The notes under the pieces were generated by a model, which made no database searches, was not told the DNA's origin, and was given only the letters and a program-made list of their open reading frames with translations. A stretch of DNA of 64,000 bases from the NCBI RefSeq assembly GCF_964188315.1, contig NC_135667.1:24304001-24368000 (forward strand), written 5' to 3'. Positions 46,423-58,688 of the stretch are shown here, in pieces. The stretch comes from Podarcis muralis. Lineage: Eukaryota. The position numbers and the translations under genes were made by a program. Numbering within the stretch: the first letter of the stretch is position 1; each line of letters starts with the position of its first letter.

Positions 46423-49400
46423 TTTGCCATGGATGTCTATCTCCAGAAGGCATCAGGACTCCTCAGAGGGCTTCCTTCACTGTACAAAGAGCTGCACATT
46501 CAGGAGAGTGGGGGGGGAGAGACATAATAAGAGGGGTTAAGTATTGACAACTGTTTAATGGGACTTTAAAGTCTGACACAGCTACTGATAAAATGTTAGG
46601 TAGCACTGACTGCACTTCATAAAAATGGCTATTGGGAAGACTCCATGGATGGATTTCAATCATGCTGAGTGACTGATTGTGGGGCCTAGATATATTTCCC
46701 TCCAAGCAGAATGGATAACAACTTCTCAAACATCCTTGTCCTGTAACAAGTGACGTGGCTTAATTGTTTGTGTCATGTGAACAATTTGTTCTCCAGGCAT
46801 TGTGTTGTCTTGCACCTGTGTCTCTCTATCTTTGTGTTCCATCATTATGTGTTGATCTATGAGGTTCTGAAAGAAGGAAATAGGAAGCCAAATCTCTCTG
46901 ATTAAGTTCATTTCCTCTATGCCTGTCAATTATGTGGAGACAAACTACTGTGCTACTGGAGCTAAATCAGGGTTAGTGTGAGTATAACACAAAAGGAGAT
47001 GTCACTTCCCTCCTTCCAACTGAGAAGACCTATGGATTCAAAAATTTAGTGTCAGAGACCTCCTGGTGAGCCCTTACTCTTTGAGCTTCAGACTTTTGCT
47101 ATCATTAGATCTCATCCTGTTTTGTTTATTTGCTGTACTGTTACATCCAGCCTAGCACTATGCATTTATCCCTTCTCCCTGTAAGTCACCACTGAGGTAA
47201 TTGGCCTCAGACCTTCTCCAGCTTTTTCTCGGTCTTCTTACTTTCCCTCCATTGCAATGGCTACCAACTCTGCTTCTCCTAGTCTCCTCTTGTTCCTTCC
47301 CTCTCTTCTACCATGTCATGGCCTCCAACTCCTGGTCTATCCTGACTGACCAGTTGAGACCAAGATTTAAAAAGAAGCAGACCACTTGCCTCAGCACTAC
47401 CTCTCTATGTTTGGATTAAATAGAACAAATGTGTATTGATATATTGGTTATCCCTTCTGTATTCTATTTTCCCATATATCATATAAATTCCTCCAATGAC
47501 CCCTTTGTTAGTTTCTCTTTGGTCTAACAACTGCTACTGAATGAAAGCAAAGGACTTTGCAGCTACACAAGCCAGCCACTATTGTTAAAATCCATGTTAT
47601 TTTACAGTTATCAGGGATTCACTCAACACTATATTGAGTTATTAATGAGCCTACTATTCCATGTGTTGTAATATTCTTGATTTACCAGTTACACTGATGT
47701 ACTTCAAATTATGACAGTGGCAACTCCTACACATATTTGAAAGCTACACATTTTGCAGCTACAGCATCTCAGATCAAGTTAATCCACACTCATTCCAGTT
47801 TCATGAGCATCCCAGGAGCCCTTACTACACACCAAGCACATATTGGGATAAAGCAGTGAATCTACTGTTCAAAGGGGGAGGGGGAGGAGAAGCCAGCATT
47901 TCCTTTAGTGTGCCCAAGTTCTTGAACATGCCTAAATAACCCTGTTGGATCCTAGCCATAAACTCTTCAGGCTCAAACTAAACATAAAGGCTCCAGATCC
48001 ACCCCTTTCAGTGGGGGAAGGGTCTGTCTAAAATCATATGAAGCAGGGGAAGGAAGTCCAATTGTGAGAGTTAAAAGAGAAAGAGAAACAAACCTCATTC
48101 CATTGCTAAGATGTCAATTCTGAAGTCATACAGTAAATGAATCAACATTTCATTTTGGGTGCCTTTTTATTTGCTGTCCAGCACCTCTTCTTGTTGACAA
48201 CTGCATAGTAAGATGCTTGTGTTATGCTAACTTCAGATTATTTCACCGTGGGGCTGTTGAAATTAGTCCCATTGAGGAATGTAAAGAATCTACTTGAGTC
48301 ATTAAAATATTCTCAAGTGGGAGCAGCTCAAAGAGCTGAGGGAATAAGTACAGTGGATATCTATCGGAAAGGCCATGAGACAATTTTGTGTTTTTACATT
48401 TCCTAATCTTAATTTAAAGCATTCCAAAATTCTAATAGAAACATACAAAAATGTGGTTTATGACCAGTTCAGAAATCCTTAATGATATGTTTGAAGAGCA
48501 AATATGTCATGCCATGTATTTTTATACTTTTTGTCCCTAAATTGTTTTTGTTTTTAAAAAGCGGAATTGTTTTTATAAAGCGGAATTGGAATGCTGTAAT
48601 GTAAGTGGAGTAGCAACAATGCTTTCTCCCTCCTGCCATTTATTGCCATGGCAGAAGTTTGGGTGGAGGACACTGAGAAGAAAATGGTGGTTTTAAACAG
48701 TCGCAAAAGGTATGAATAAAGGAGAGATGAAGGGACATTGAGAGGTTGTATTTTTTTAAAAGAAAAAACCCAAACATAACAGTTTTTAACAATGAGAAGT
48801 ATAACACAGATGATAACACCAAAAAGTGAAAACAACTGAGCCTTTCCAAACACCCTCCTTACTGTACTGAAATGTTGTTTTAAACAATCACTTCCCCTCT
48901 CAGTGTCATCCCTTGCAAACTCCACACAAACCTCTGCCATTATTTAAAATGGCTACTTTTTTCCTTTCAGAGTCCCTTCCTTCTTGCTGTACTCAAAGTT
49001 CTCCTTCTTCCATTTATCAGCTGCCTCATGTGAGATAGATAAAGGATGTGGAGCCCTCAAATATTCCATAGTACTTTACTCAAACCTCTGCCATTGCTTA
49101 AAACTGACACTTTGCTCTAAGTTCTCTACATTCGTGCTTTAAATTCTTCTGCTGTTTTAAACCACAACTTCCCCCCTCTCAGTGATTTTCCATTCTCGCT
49201 CCTGTACCACAGCCACTGCTGTTGTACAATCTGCCTTCATTTTTGCTCCCCTATCCTACTCTGCCTTCATGAAAATTCAGGACTGTGAAGAGGTACTACA
49301 AATCCTCCAATAGGGGTGAATGATGACAGCCTTACATTTTTATTACCGGTATATATAGAGAAATATGTAACAAAACAAATTTCTTTAGTACATTGTACAT

Positions 49401-50181
49401 TAAGGTGTGTAATAAACGAGAGAGTTTTCTGAAAGAAATCAGCCAGCGTTGCGTCTTCAAATTTTATCAATTTCTAATCTCCAATATCTAATGCTTTCAA
49501 CCACCATTTATCAATGTAGGTGAAAAAGATTTCTATCCACGAGCTAATACAATTTTAGCTGCTACATAGGAATTCACAATTCAAATGCCCCATAAAAATA
49601 AGCATCTCAGGAGCTGAATATATTATTTTCTTGGTGTTTTGAGAGCTTGTCCACAATCTTTGAGGATATCCAGCCAAGTCTCAGTCAGCACAGACCCATT
49701 GAAATCAATTAAGCCCAAAGGCTCAGTTCCACATATGACGAATATTGGATGCACCTCATTTGTAGGTCTAAATTGAAAAGTTGCAGCAAAATCCTTCCTT
49801 TTGAGATGGTAGGGGAAGCTCAAAGTGATTTAATTCTTCTGAAACATCCACCTCAATTTCAGAGTGATAACCAGTAACTCTTCAATGCCTGTATCTAGTG
49901 GTTCAGGGTGGATTCTGTTGGGTCTACATACCAAAGCCAATGTTCAAACTTGTCCACATGCTAAAAGCTCTCCAGCTTTTTCAACCATAGAGGACGGTGG
50001 GCTGACTCCCACTTCACAAAGCCACTGATTATATATGCAAAGCTCTCTATTATCTGGTTTTCCTCCTCAAAAATGAGAAGGTTGTTGGACTTGTTGGGAG
50101 TGGGAGAACCCATGTCACACAGAAAAGGAGAACTGCCTCAGGTTTCCTTGGACAATGATCCTGGACCTTAAGGCTGTATTG

Positions 50182-50313
50182 CAGGGGTGGGGAGCCTATG
50201 ACTCTCCAGATCTTACTGAACTCCAACTTACATCAGTCCCAGATAGAATGATCAAAGGGCTATAGGAGTTGTAGTCCAGAAACAACTGTAGGGCCACAGG
50301 TTGCCCACTTCTG
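50182..50313. mobile_element. Degenerate palindromic hAT-like MITE
   Basis: caggggtggggagcct ... aggttgcccacttctg; internal ggagttgtagtcc motif. Confidence 0.65.
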
Positions 50314-50488
50314 CTGGGTTGGGTTATCTATTTTTGTTATTGATAGGAATAAAAAAGAGCATTAATAGTGACAAATAAATATAACAAAATGTGTAAACAT
50401 TCACATGGATAAAACATTTCAAATATTTTCCAACTTGTGTTACTGATTTTCTTTTGCTGACTTGTTCAAGATTCCAGGCCCATTTTCT

Positions 50489-51424
50489 CTATGTGTTTGT
50501 TCCAAACAGTCTACGAAGAGCACTTTGCACATCCTTGTTCCTGAAGCTGTAGATTAGAGGATTCAGCAGAGGGGTGATGATGGCATAGAGCACAGAGACC
50601 AGCTGCTCCTGTTCAGTGGAATGGCTGGAGGATGGAGTTAGGTAAGTGAAGATGATGGTTCCATAGAAGATGCTCACCACAGTGAGGTGGGATGCACAGG
50701 TGGAGAAAGCTTTGATCCGACCCTGAGATGTACGTATTTTGAGCACAGTGAAGACAATGAAGATGTAGGAGAGTAGAGTTAGGAAGAAGGACATGGTAAT
50801 GCCACATCCAGAGACTGTAAAGGTCACCAGTTTGCTCAGTCTTGTGTCAGAGCAGGAGAGGTGCAAAAGGGGAGGAATGTCACAGAAAAAGTGCTCTATT
50901 TGGTTTGAATTACAGAAGTCAAGGGAGAAAACCAAGGCTGTGTTGATGATAGAGTTGAAGTTGCCAACAGTCCATGAAACTGTTAGCAATCCTTTACAGG
51001 TTGGCTGGCTCATCAGCACGGTGTAGCGCAACGGGTGGCAGATGGCTGCGTAACGGTCATACGCCATGGCTGAGAGGAGTACACACTCTGTGCCTCCTAA
51101 AGTGACAAAGAAATACATCTGGAGAGCACAGCCAGTGAAGGAGATGGTCCTGTCTCCTGACATGAGGTTCCAGAGCATCTTTGGGACAGTGGAAGAAGTG
51201 TAGCAGATCTCAATGAATGAAAGGTTGCCGAGGAGGAAGTACATGGGTGTCTGGAGGCACCGGTCCACACAAATCAAAGTCATGATGGCTAGATTTCCTA
51301 CTAAAGTTAGCAGATAGATTAAAAGTACTAAGGAAAAAAGAAGTTTCTGTTGGGCTGGATCACTGGATAAGCCCAGGAGGATGAACTCTGTGAAAACCGT
51401 GTGGTTCACTTTCATTCTGCTCAT
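50489..51424 (-). CDS. Olfactory receptor OR9, family 5 (5V1)-like, 311 aa
   Basis: PMYFLLGNLSF, MAYDRYAAICHPLRY, KAFSTCASHL, PLLNPLIYSFRNKD. Confidence 0.95.
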   Translation of the reverse strand: MSRMKVNHTVFTEFILLGLSSDPAQQKLLFSLVLLIYLLTLVGNLAIMTLICVDRCLQTPMYFLLGNLSFIEICYTSSTVPKMLWNLMSGDRTISFTGCALQMYFFVTLGGTECVLLSAMAYDRYAAICHPLRYTVLMSQPTCKGLLTVSWTVGNFNSIINTALVFSLDFCNSNQIEHFFCDIPPLLHLSCSDTRLSKLVTFTVSGCGITMSFFLTLLSYIFIVFTVLKIRTSQGRIKAFSTCASHLTVVSIFYGTIIFTYLTPSSSHSTEQEQLVSVLYAIITPLLNPLIYSFRNKDVQSALRRLFGTNT

Positions 51425-52178
51425 CTTTGAACATCTTTTATGATAGGGCTATAAGACTCCTTGTACCTGAAGCACAACAGCAGATGTTATAAATGTACAC
51501 TATTAGTGAGAAACAACATCGAGAAGTTAATTTAGAATTTTCTAGGTTTCACCAAATAAATTTCTGGAGAATTATGGAACTGATTGTAGCCAGCAGGCGC
51601 ATTGCTAGGTACTTAAAGCACTTAGGACAGAGAGACCAGTGACACCATTTTGCAGAAATGTAAACAATACCTCTGGGCAAAATAATATCATAGGTTGTTG
51701 GGATCTCACCGGCAATGCTCTTTACAGTGTGTCCACTTGCCCTGTAAGCATTTTTTTAAGCATAAAAGAAATGAAACATGAAGCATCCAAATATATAAAT
51801 GCCCCACCTTTTTAGAAAATCTGAGATTCCTGTCTAACAAAGCTGCTTTAAAAGGGACTTGTAGCATGTAAAGCAAAGCACATAGAACCATAGGGAGTGA
51901 GGTTGTGACCAGATGATTTCGAGATCCCTAGCTGTTCTTATTATGGTTCCTTAATTTTTTTAACCAGACTTGGATCAGACAGCTTCTTAAAGAGAGAACT
52001 CCCTAAAACCAAGGACTATCTTAGGGATCACTGGATTTTGCACACCTTCCTCTGTGAGCAGAGAGAGAGAGGTCTGTCCTTGAAAGCCTGTTCCTAGCTG
52101 CTGTGGAAAAGAGTGCCACAGTTGGTGCACTAATGGTGGAGAAGGGGGAAAGGAAACATTCTGGTGTGTGTTTGTGCA

Positions 52179-52254
<76 letters not shown>
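52179..52254. repeat. Compound microsatellite (TC)10(TG)8(AG)20
   Basis: Direct reading. Confidence 0.97.
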
Positions 52255-52258
<4 letters not shown>

Positions 52259-53475
52259 CTTTGGGTCATCTGGATCCAAAACTCTCCCATTTCTCCAACA
52301 CTCTAGCCACCTCTCACTCTAGCCACCCATCTTCTGTCATGACTGAAGCAAGACCAGTAGAGCTAAGGATTTGGCAGAATCACAGATTCTCCCTCCCCTC
52401 CCCTGCTACAGAGGAGTGCTCCGTTACAGTGCAACCTCATATATGTATCCACTGAAGTAAATCCTTTTGTGGTAAGTGGATATACTGTTGTCATCTAAAA
52501 TTACTTACCATATACTGAGTTATTTTTAAAAAATGATTTCATTTGTAAATGCCAAAAAATGATAAATAACAAAGTGCAATACTAAAGATCTCACCAAGCT
52601 TTAAGTACGTCTTTACCTGTGCCATGCTCTTTATGCTTTTGTTTAATTGCAAGGAGTCATCCCTTTTGTAATCTCATTCCAGAAAAAGATGTAGATAAAG
52701 ATAGTATTTTCTTAAATCTCACAGACCAGTTTCAGTAGCTTGCTGGTCTACTTCTGCCTCCTCCACGATGCAGCTGCAAACTACATTACACCAGGTGTAG
52801 TAAATAATGCAGCAAGGTGTTCCTAGGGGATTGTGCAAATGTCTACTACATAAGGTCTTGATCTCTACAGACAGAATTAGTAGTTACTCGTGGAAGGTTT
52901 CCTCTAAGGACAGCTTAATATACTGTACAATCAGCACTGAGGATCTTATCAGACCTTTTGCTAACCACTGAAACACAAAATTGACATTGGGATTTTCCGT
53001 CAGCCTGTATTGTCATGATAACTTTGTTGTTGTAGAAACAATTGGAAGATAAATAGCTGGATATCCTGTACTTATAACTTCAGTAGCATTAGGCTAATTT
53101 GTCCAATAAGGCTCATGGCAAAAGGAATTCTGTACACTGCATTGAATTTTTAGATCTACCTTCTGATTTGTAAATGTTATTAACTATTCTACATGTCACA
53201 CTTGGCGTATCTAATAAAAATATCTTGTTCCTTGATTTCAGTAGGACTTGGTACAGGAGAAGTCAAAGTGATGTCATCATGGTGTTGTTGGAATCCAACT
53301 CCCAAAATCCACAGTCAACATGGTCAACAGTCAGAGATGAGACTTGTAGCCCAGCAATATCTGGAGAGCACCATGTTGGCCACCCTTGACTTAGGATATC
53401 ACCCAATGTCTTTTAAACTAATCTGATGAATTTTGTGGTGGATCTTAACTTTTCAATTTACTGGTCCCATATCTA

Positions 53476-54423
53476 TCATCTGTTCTTCCCAAGTGCTCTC
53501 TGAAGTGCTCCCTGCACTTCCTTGTTCCTGAAGCTATAGATCAGGGGGTTGAGCATGGGAGTGATGATGGCATACAGCACAGAAACTAGGCGGTCCTGTT
53601 CCATAGAATGAGTGGAGGAGGGCCGTATGTAGGTGTAAATGATAGTACCAAAGAAGATGCTCACCACAGTGAGGTGGGAAGCACAGGTGGAAAATGCCTT
53701 GATTCTACCATGAGCTGTGCGGATTTTGAGCACTGAGGAGACAATCAAGGCATAGGAGAGAAGGGTCAGGCAGAATGGCATAATGATAACACACCCAGAG
53801 ATGGTGAAGGTTATGAGCTGGCTGACAAATGTGTCAGAACAAGAGATGTGCAGAAGGGGGGGTATGTCACAGAAGAAGTGGTCAATCTCATGGGAGTGGC
53901 AGAAATTTAAGGAAAAGACCATTGCTGTGTTGACCATGGAATTGAAGTTGCCAACAGCCCATGAAACTGCCAGCAGACTCCTACGTACTGGTGGGCTCAT
54001 GAGCAGAGTGTAGCGCAATGGGTGGCAGATAGCTGCATAGCGGTCATATGCCATGGCTGAGAGGAGCACACACTCTGTGCCCCCCAATGTGACAAAGAAA
54101 TACATCTGCAGTGCACATCCTACAAAGGAGATTTTCTTGTCTCCCAACAAGAGATCCCACAGCATCTTGGGGACTGTGGTGGAAGTGTAGCAGATCTCAA
54201 TAAAAGAGAGGTTTCCCAGGAGGAAGTACATGGGTGTGTGGAGGCTCTGGTCCACACGAATTAATACAATGATGGCCAGATTCCCCGACAAAGTCAATAG
54301 ATAGGCTGAAAGTCCTAAGGCAAAGAGAAGCACCTGATTCTTCACATCAATAGAGAATCCCATGAGGATAAACTCTGTGACACTTGTTGTATTCTGTCTT
54401 CCCATAGATTTGAGGGTGTCCAT
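53476..54423 (-). CDS. Olfactory receptor OR10, family 5 (5V1)-like, 315 aa (or 309 aa from Met7)
   Basis: OR motifs intact; close paralog of OR9; acceptor cttcttatttacag ends at 54498. Confidence 0.95.
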   Translation of the reverse strand: MDTLKSMGRQNTTSVTEFILMGFSIDVKNQVLLFALGLSAYLLTLSGNLAIIVLIRVDQSLHTPMYFLLGNLSFIEICYTSTTVPKMLWDLLLGDKKISFVGCALQMYFFVTLGGTECVLLSAMAYDRYAAICHPLRYTLLMSPPVRRSLLAVSWAVGNFNSMVNTAMVFSLNFCHSHEIDHFFCDIPPLLHISCSDTFVSQLITFTISGCVIIMPFCLTLLSYALIVSSVLKIRTAHGRIKAFSTCASHLTVVSIFFGTIIYTYIRPSSTHSMEQDRLVSVLYAIITPMLNPLIYSFRNKEVQGALQRALGKNR

Positions 54424-55550
54424 CTTTGGTCAGGATAGTGAGCCTTCCTAAGTGGGAGGGGAGGTCACAGCAGTTTGATCTGTTAATGCTGGTAGTTCTG
54501 TAAATAAGAAGCAGTGAGTCAGTTAGACTGTTTGCAAATAAGCTTTTATTGTTCAACAACAGTTGTCATTGTAATTTCACAGAATGTCTAGGCCAGGGCA
54601 GAAGGCAGCCTGTGGGTAACTGCAGTCAAATATAACTAGCTAGCTTAGGGCTAGTTAATGCATGAATGGGCTAAGACCATAGAATTGTATTCTTAGACTC
54701 AGTTAGGTCACACACCCCTCACCTCTGGTGAAGTGAAACTTCCTTCTTCACTTGCTTTCACCATGTGAATTCATCAAGATAGGATGTGATTGAACTTGCT
54801 CTCTAAAAACTCAGACCATGTGCTTAGACCTATTTCACTATTTTTGTATACTATTCTGGTGTTATTTGCTTCCAGAAAAAAAATCTGTTTGCAAATAACA
54901 AGAAAATATGTGTTAAATCTACAATATATTCCACCATATTTCCAGAAGCGGCTGTTATGTTGTGTGAAATATCCAATACAATGTGGCAGTTAATAGTTAG
55001 TGAAGCAATGGGAAAATAAAATAAACTGCTGTATCAATGCAGAGTAGACTACTTGAAATCAATGGCATTAAGTAACTTCAGTCCCTTGATCTTAATGGAT
55101 CTATTCTGGGTATGCCTATGTACTGATGGGTATGCCTATGGCAATGTACTGATGGAAGCATTAAAATGCAGTTCCCATAGGATAAAAAGTATTAATGCTA
55201 AATAAATCAGGAAAGATGATTACAGGATAATTCTGTAAAATTACTCTAGAAATCTATGCACATTGTAAAGCAAACCTAAAACATTTGCAAATCTTTAAAC
55301 TAGAAATACAAGGAAACATTTAAAATGTAAAAAATAATCAATAAACAATTCATGATTCCAAGGCTAGTAAGAAAATCTTAAGTGCCAGAAAGCCATACTT
55401 GAACAACTCCCCTTTCTCTGCTATATAGGATGCTAAAAGGGCACTTATAGAGGCAGGTTTCATTCCTAGTCAAGGGTTGGTATGCAGCTAAAAGGTTCAG
55501 AACAAGTTCTGCATGGTTCCTACCCACTTCTACAAATGAACAACCAGTTA

Positions 55551-56553
55551 CAGTGGTAACTCGGGTTACATACTGTCAGAGACTGCCTCCAGGTCCCAGC
55601 TCACAGAGGACCCACGCTAGCCAGCGGTAATATACAAAAGTCTTTATTAAAGTACATTATCCATTTTCAAACCCTAGCGTGCGTCTCTACGTCTAGACAC
55701 TAGACCGGCGAAGCTCCGTCTGAGTCTCCGCCCCCTGTACACCAGCTTAAGACTCTAGCCTTACTCCACCTTTTCCGTCTCTCCTTCCGCCTCTGGGTCC
55801 TACCGCCCCCCGGGGTCCCTTCCTTCCTGGACGCTTCGGAGGCGGACCCCTCGGACTCTTCCCCCTCCCTTCGGCGGGCTTTAGGACCTGGCTCCCTATC
55901 CGGGCTGCTCATTGCGCCACCCTCTTGTACATTTGAACTTGGCGCGCGCGCGCTGCCTCCGACCTTCCTTTTGACCGTTTCCTCGCTTTCTGATGCAGGC
56001 GTGGCTAACCCTGACTCATGTCCTTCCGCTGACGGAAGGCTGCCTGATGCCGATGCCTGGGACTCCTCCCCCCTACTGCTCTCCGGTGGGGAAGCTGGTC
56101 CCGATTTCCAGCTGCTGCTCTCTGAGTCCCCTCTGGCCCCTCCTTCCTGAGGTGTTCCCTCTGGCAACCCCCTAGCTCTGACCACGGGAGCCCCTTTCTG
56201 TGAATCCTCCGATTCGCTGGAGAGACTTAGAGACCTCGGGCGGCTCTCATCGCTCACTTCTCCCTCGGATTCCTCCCCCTCAGTCTCTAATTCCTCCCTT
56301 TCCTGTCCCTCTGCTCCTGAGCCCCTGACACATACGCTTCAGGTTACATACGATTCAGGTTACAGACTCCGCTAACCCAGAAATAGTACCTCAGGTTAAG
56401 AACTTTGCTTCAGGATGAGAAGAGAAATCATGCTCCGGTGGCATGGCACAGTGGGAGGCCCCATTAGCTAAAGTGGTGCTTCAGGTTAAGAACAGTTTCA
56501 GGTTAAGAACAGACCTACAGAACGAATTAAGTACTTAACCCGAGGTACCACTG
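55551..56553. mobile_element. Tigger-like MITE (55551-55573 plus 56331-56553) interrupted by a solo LTR
   Basis: Same family as 26550 and 60193; TA flanks at 55549-55550 and 56554-56555. Confidence 0.88.
55574..56330 (-). mobile_element. Solo LTR (757 bp) of an LTR retrotransposon or ERV
   Basis: TGTCA...TGACA termini; perfect 5-bp TSD CATAC at 55569-55573 and 56331-56335; minus-strand AATAAA at 55643-55648; CpG-rich. Confidence 0.9.
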
Positions 56554-57398
56554 TATTACCAAGAACAAAAAGGCATTCCATATTTCTGACACAGATGTCC
56601 TATGTCCCTCTCCAGGAACCCAAATACAGACCTCTTCCACAATTACATGAATATGCTGTTCATGAGGGTTTGGGGAGAGGGACAGGACTGGAGAGGAGCA
56701 GTTCCCTTGGTAAGTGCATATGATACCTATAAGCTATTCTGGTATGAACTCCAAAACTTTTATTTAGAGCACAATGCTACCTCCCTCCCTCCAATGTTAA
56801 TGGGTGGTGTGGTGTCCGGATGCTGTCAGTGGCTCCTGGCTGGTTGCCCAGGAAAGTATAAAGACAAGGAAAGGTTTCTTACCATCCTTTCTTATCTCAA
56901 TATTTACAGAGAGAGGCTATAGAACCCAGCCTCTTGGATAATGGTGTTGTCCTGAGTGAATCTCCACCCCCGTCTCTCTCACTTCACCATTTGGCACTTC
57001 TACGGGTGTTGCTATGTGCCCTCTGTCTTTGAGCTCTTTGCTCTCTTACTTTCAAGGCTCACCGGGTTCTGGGAGATGGATGGTCTGGGATGCTTTCTAA
57101 TGACACTGTGTCAGCCAGCCACCGTTCCCCTTCTGCCTCCTCCTCCTCCTCTCCCATTATTTCCCAACTTTCCCCCTCATCTGCCTCTGAGCTGTGACCT
57201 CCCGCAAACCACTGTTGTAAATCTACACTGTCTTTCTCTTCCTCCTCCCTGGAAGGGTCAGGAAGGGGAGGCGGTCTCCACCATTCCCCCTCTGCCCAGT
57301 CCCTGACAGGTGGGTATGTCTACTTGGTGACAACACTGAAGTTAAGAAGAAGGAAGGGTTAGTTAGCTTGCCTCCCCCCTTCCTTTTCATGGTGCAGG

Positions 57399-57617
57399 CA
57401 GTGCTGGATTACCAAATAGGAAGAGTAGGTGCCGGCCTATGGACGCCATGCCTGTTAGGGGCTCAGCGACAACAGATAAAAATAATATTGATTTGATCTT
57501 GAAATTGGTTTATTAAAATTGTTGGTTGGTAAAATCAAAAACCTATTAGGAAATAATTTGTGAGGGGCCTGAGATTTTGACTGCCCAGGGACCACCACAG
57601 GGTTTAATCTGGCACTG
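57399..57617. mobile_element. Non-autonomous DNA transposon fragment
   Basis: Imperfect TIRs cagtgctggatta / taatctggcactg; no clear TSD. Confidence 0.45.
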
Positions 57618-58100
57618 GACTCAGGCTATAGCCTATATCTGCTGCCCTAGTCAGGGTGATGGGAGTTGTGGTCCAGCAGTCTCCAAAGGGCCACAGGTTT
57701 CCCATCTCTGGAGTAGACCTTTATTTCCTTTGCCCACAAAGGACTGTACACACTACAAGAAGTCTGTCTCCAACTATTAAAACATCTGTTATATTGGCCA
57801 ATAGTTAAATAAGAAGTATGTTTATTAATAAAACAAAAGATGGCATTTGTAGAAGAGTGAAAATAGAAAGAGACACCTTAAACAGGATCACATTTTATAT
57901 CTCAGAACAATCCCTGAAGCTGCCCACTGAGCTGCTTTCACAGTCCAGAAAACATGAGACGAGCCATAGTTGAACAGGTAAGAGCCTCATTTCTTACCTG
58001 TTACTATGTATGCTGCTTCAGAATGTAAAAGAGATATTAGTGTTGCCATGTTGCCAGCCATTTCCAATGGGTGCTTCTTTCTTGGTACTGGAATTATCTC

Positions 58101-58101
<1 letters not shown>

Positions 58102-58148
<47 letters not shown>

Positions 58149-58260
58149 TTTTTATTTATACCCCGCCCTTCCTGGTTCAGAAAACTGGGCTCAGGGCGGC
58201 TAACAACAAATTTAAAACACTTAATTGTAAAAGCAGCATAAAATACAGTATAAAAACATG
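58102..58260 (-). mobile_element. L2 family A 3' tail with (AAT)n
   Basis: Reverse complement of the tail at 21220-21307 (tttatttataccccgccc...ctgggctcagggcggct). Confidence 0.7.
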
Positions 58261-58688
58261 AATAACAATAAAATTCTCATCACCTTGAGAAGTCAAAGTT
58301 CTTCCTGCCCTAGGCCCCAGTTGTTCTGGGGTGGCTTTTATCTATTATCTGAGAACCTTCATCTCTTCCATTCTGCCATTGAATATCTACTACAGCCATC
58401 CTTTTGCTGTTTTTCTTTTTTAAAACCAAGACTATTTCCTCTGGGGCTGCAGGTATAATGGGCATGAAGAAAAAGAGAGCACATGGATGATCATTAGCTT
58501 TGCCTCCTGGGAGAGGGAAAAATAAGTTGATGCAGAAATAATAAATAATGTTTGTGGCCTTGGAAGTAAACTAGACTTGGGGCTGCCAAGTTTGTCAATA
58601 ATTGCTCCCGGGGGATACTGTGAATCAAAGAGGACTACATCTTCCTTTAAATGTTTGGCTGCTGCTCACTGATTTCTCCCATGGTGTT

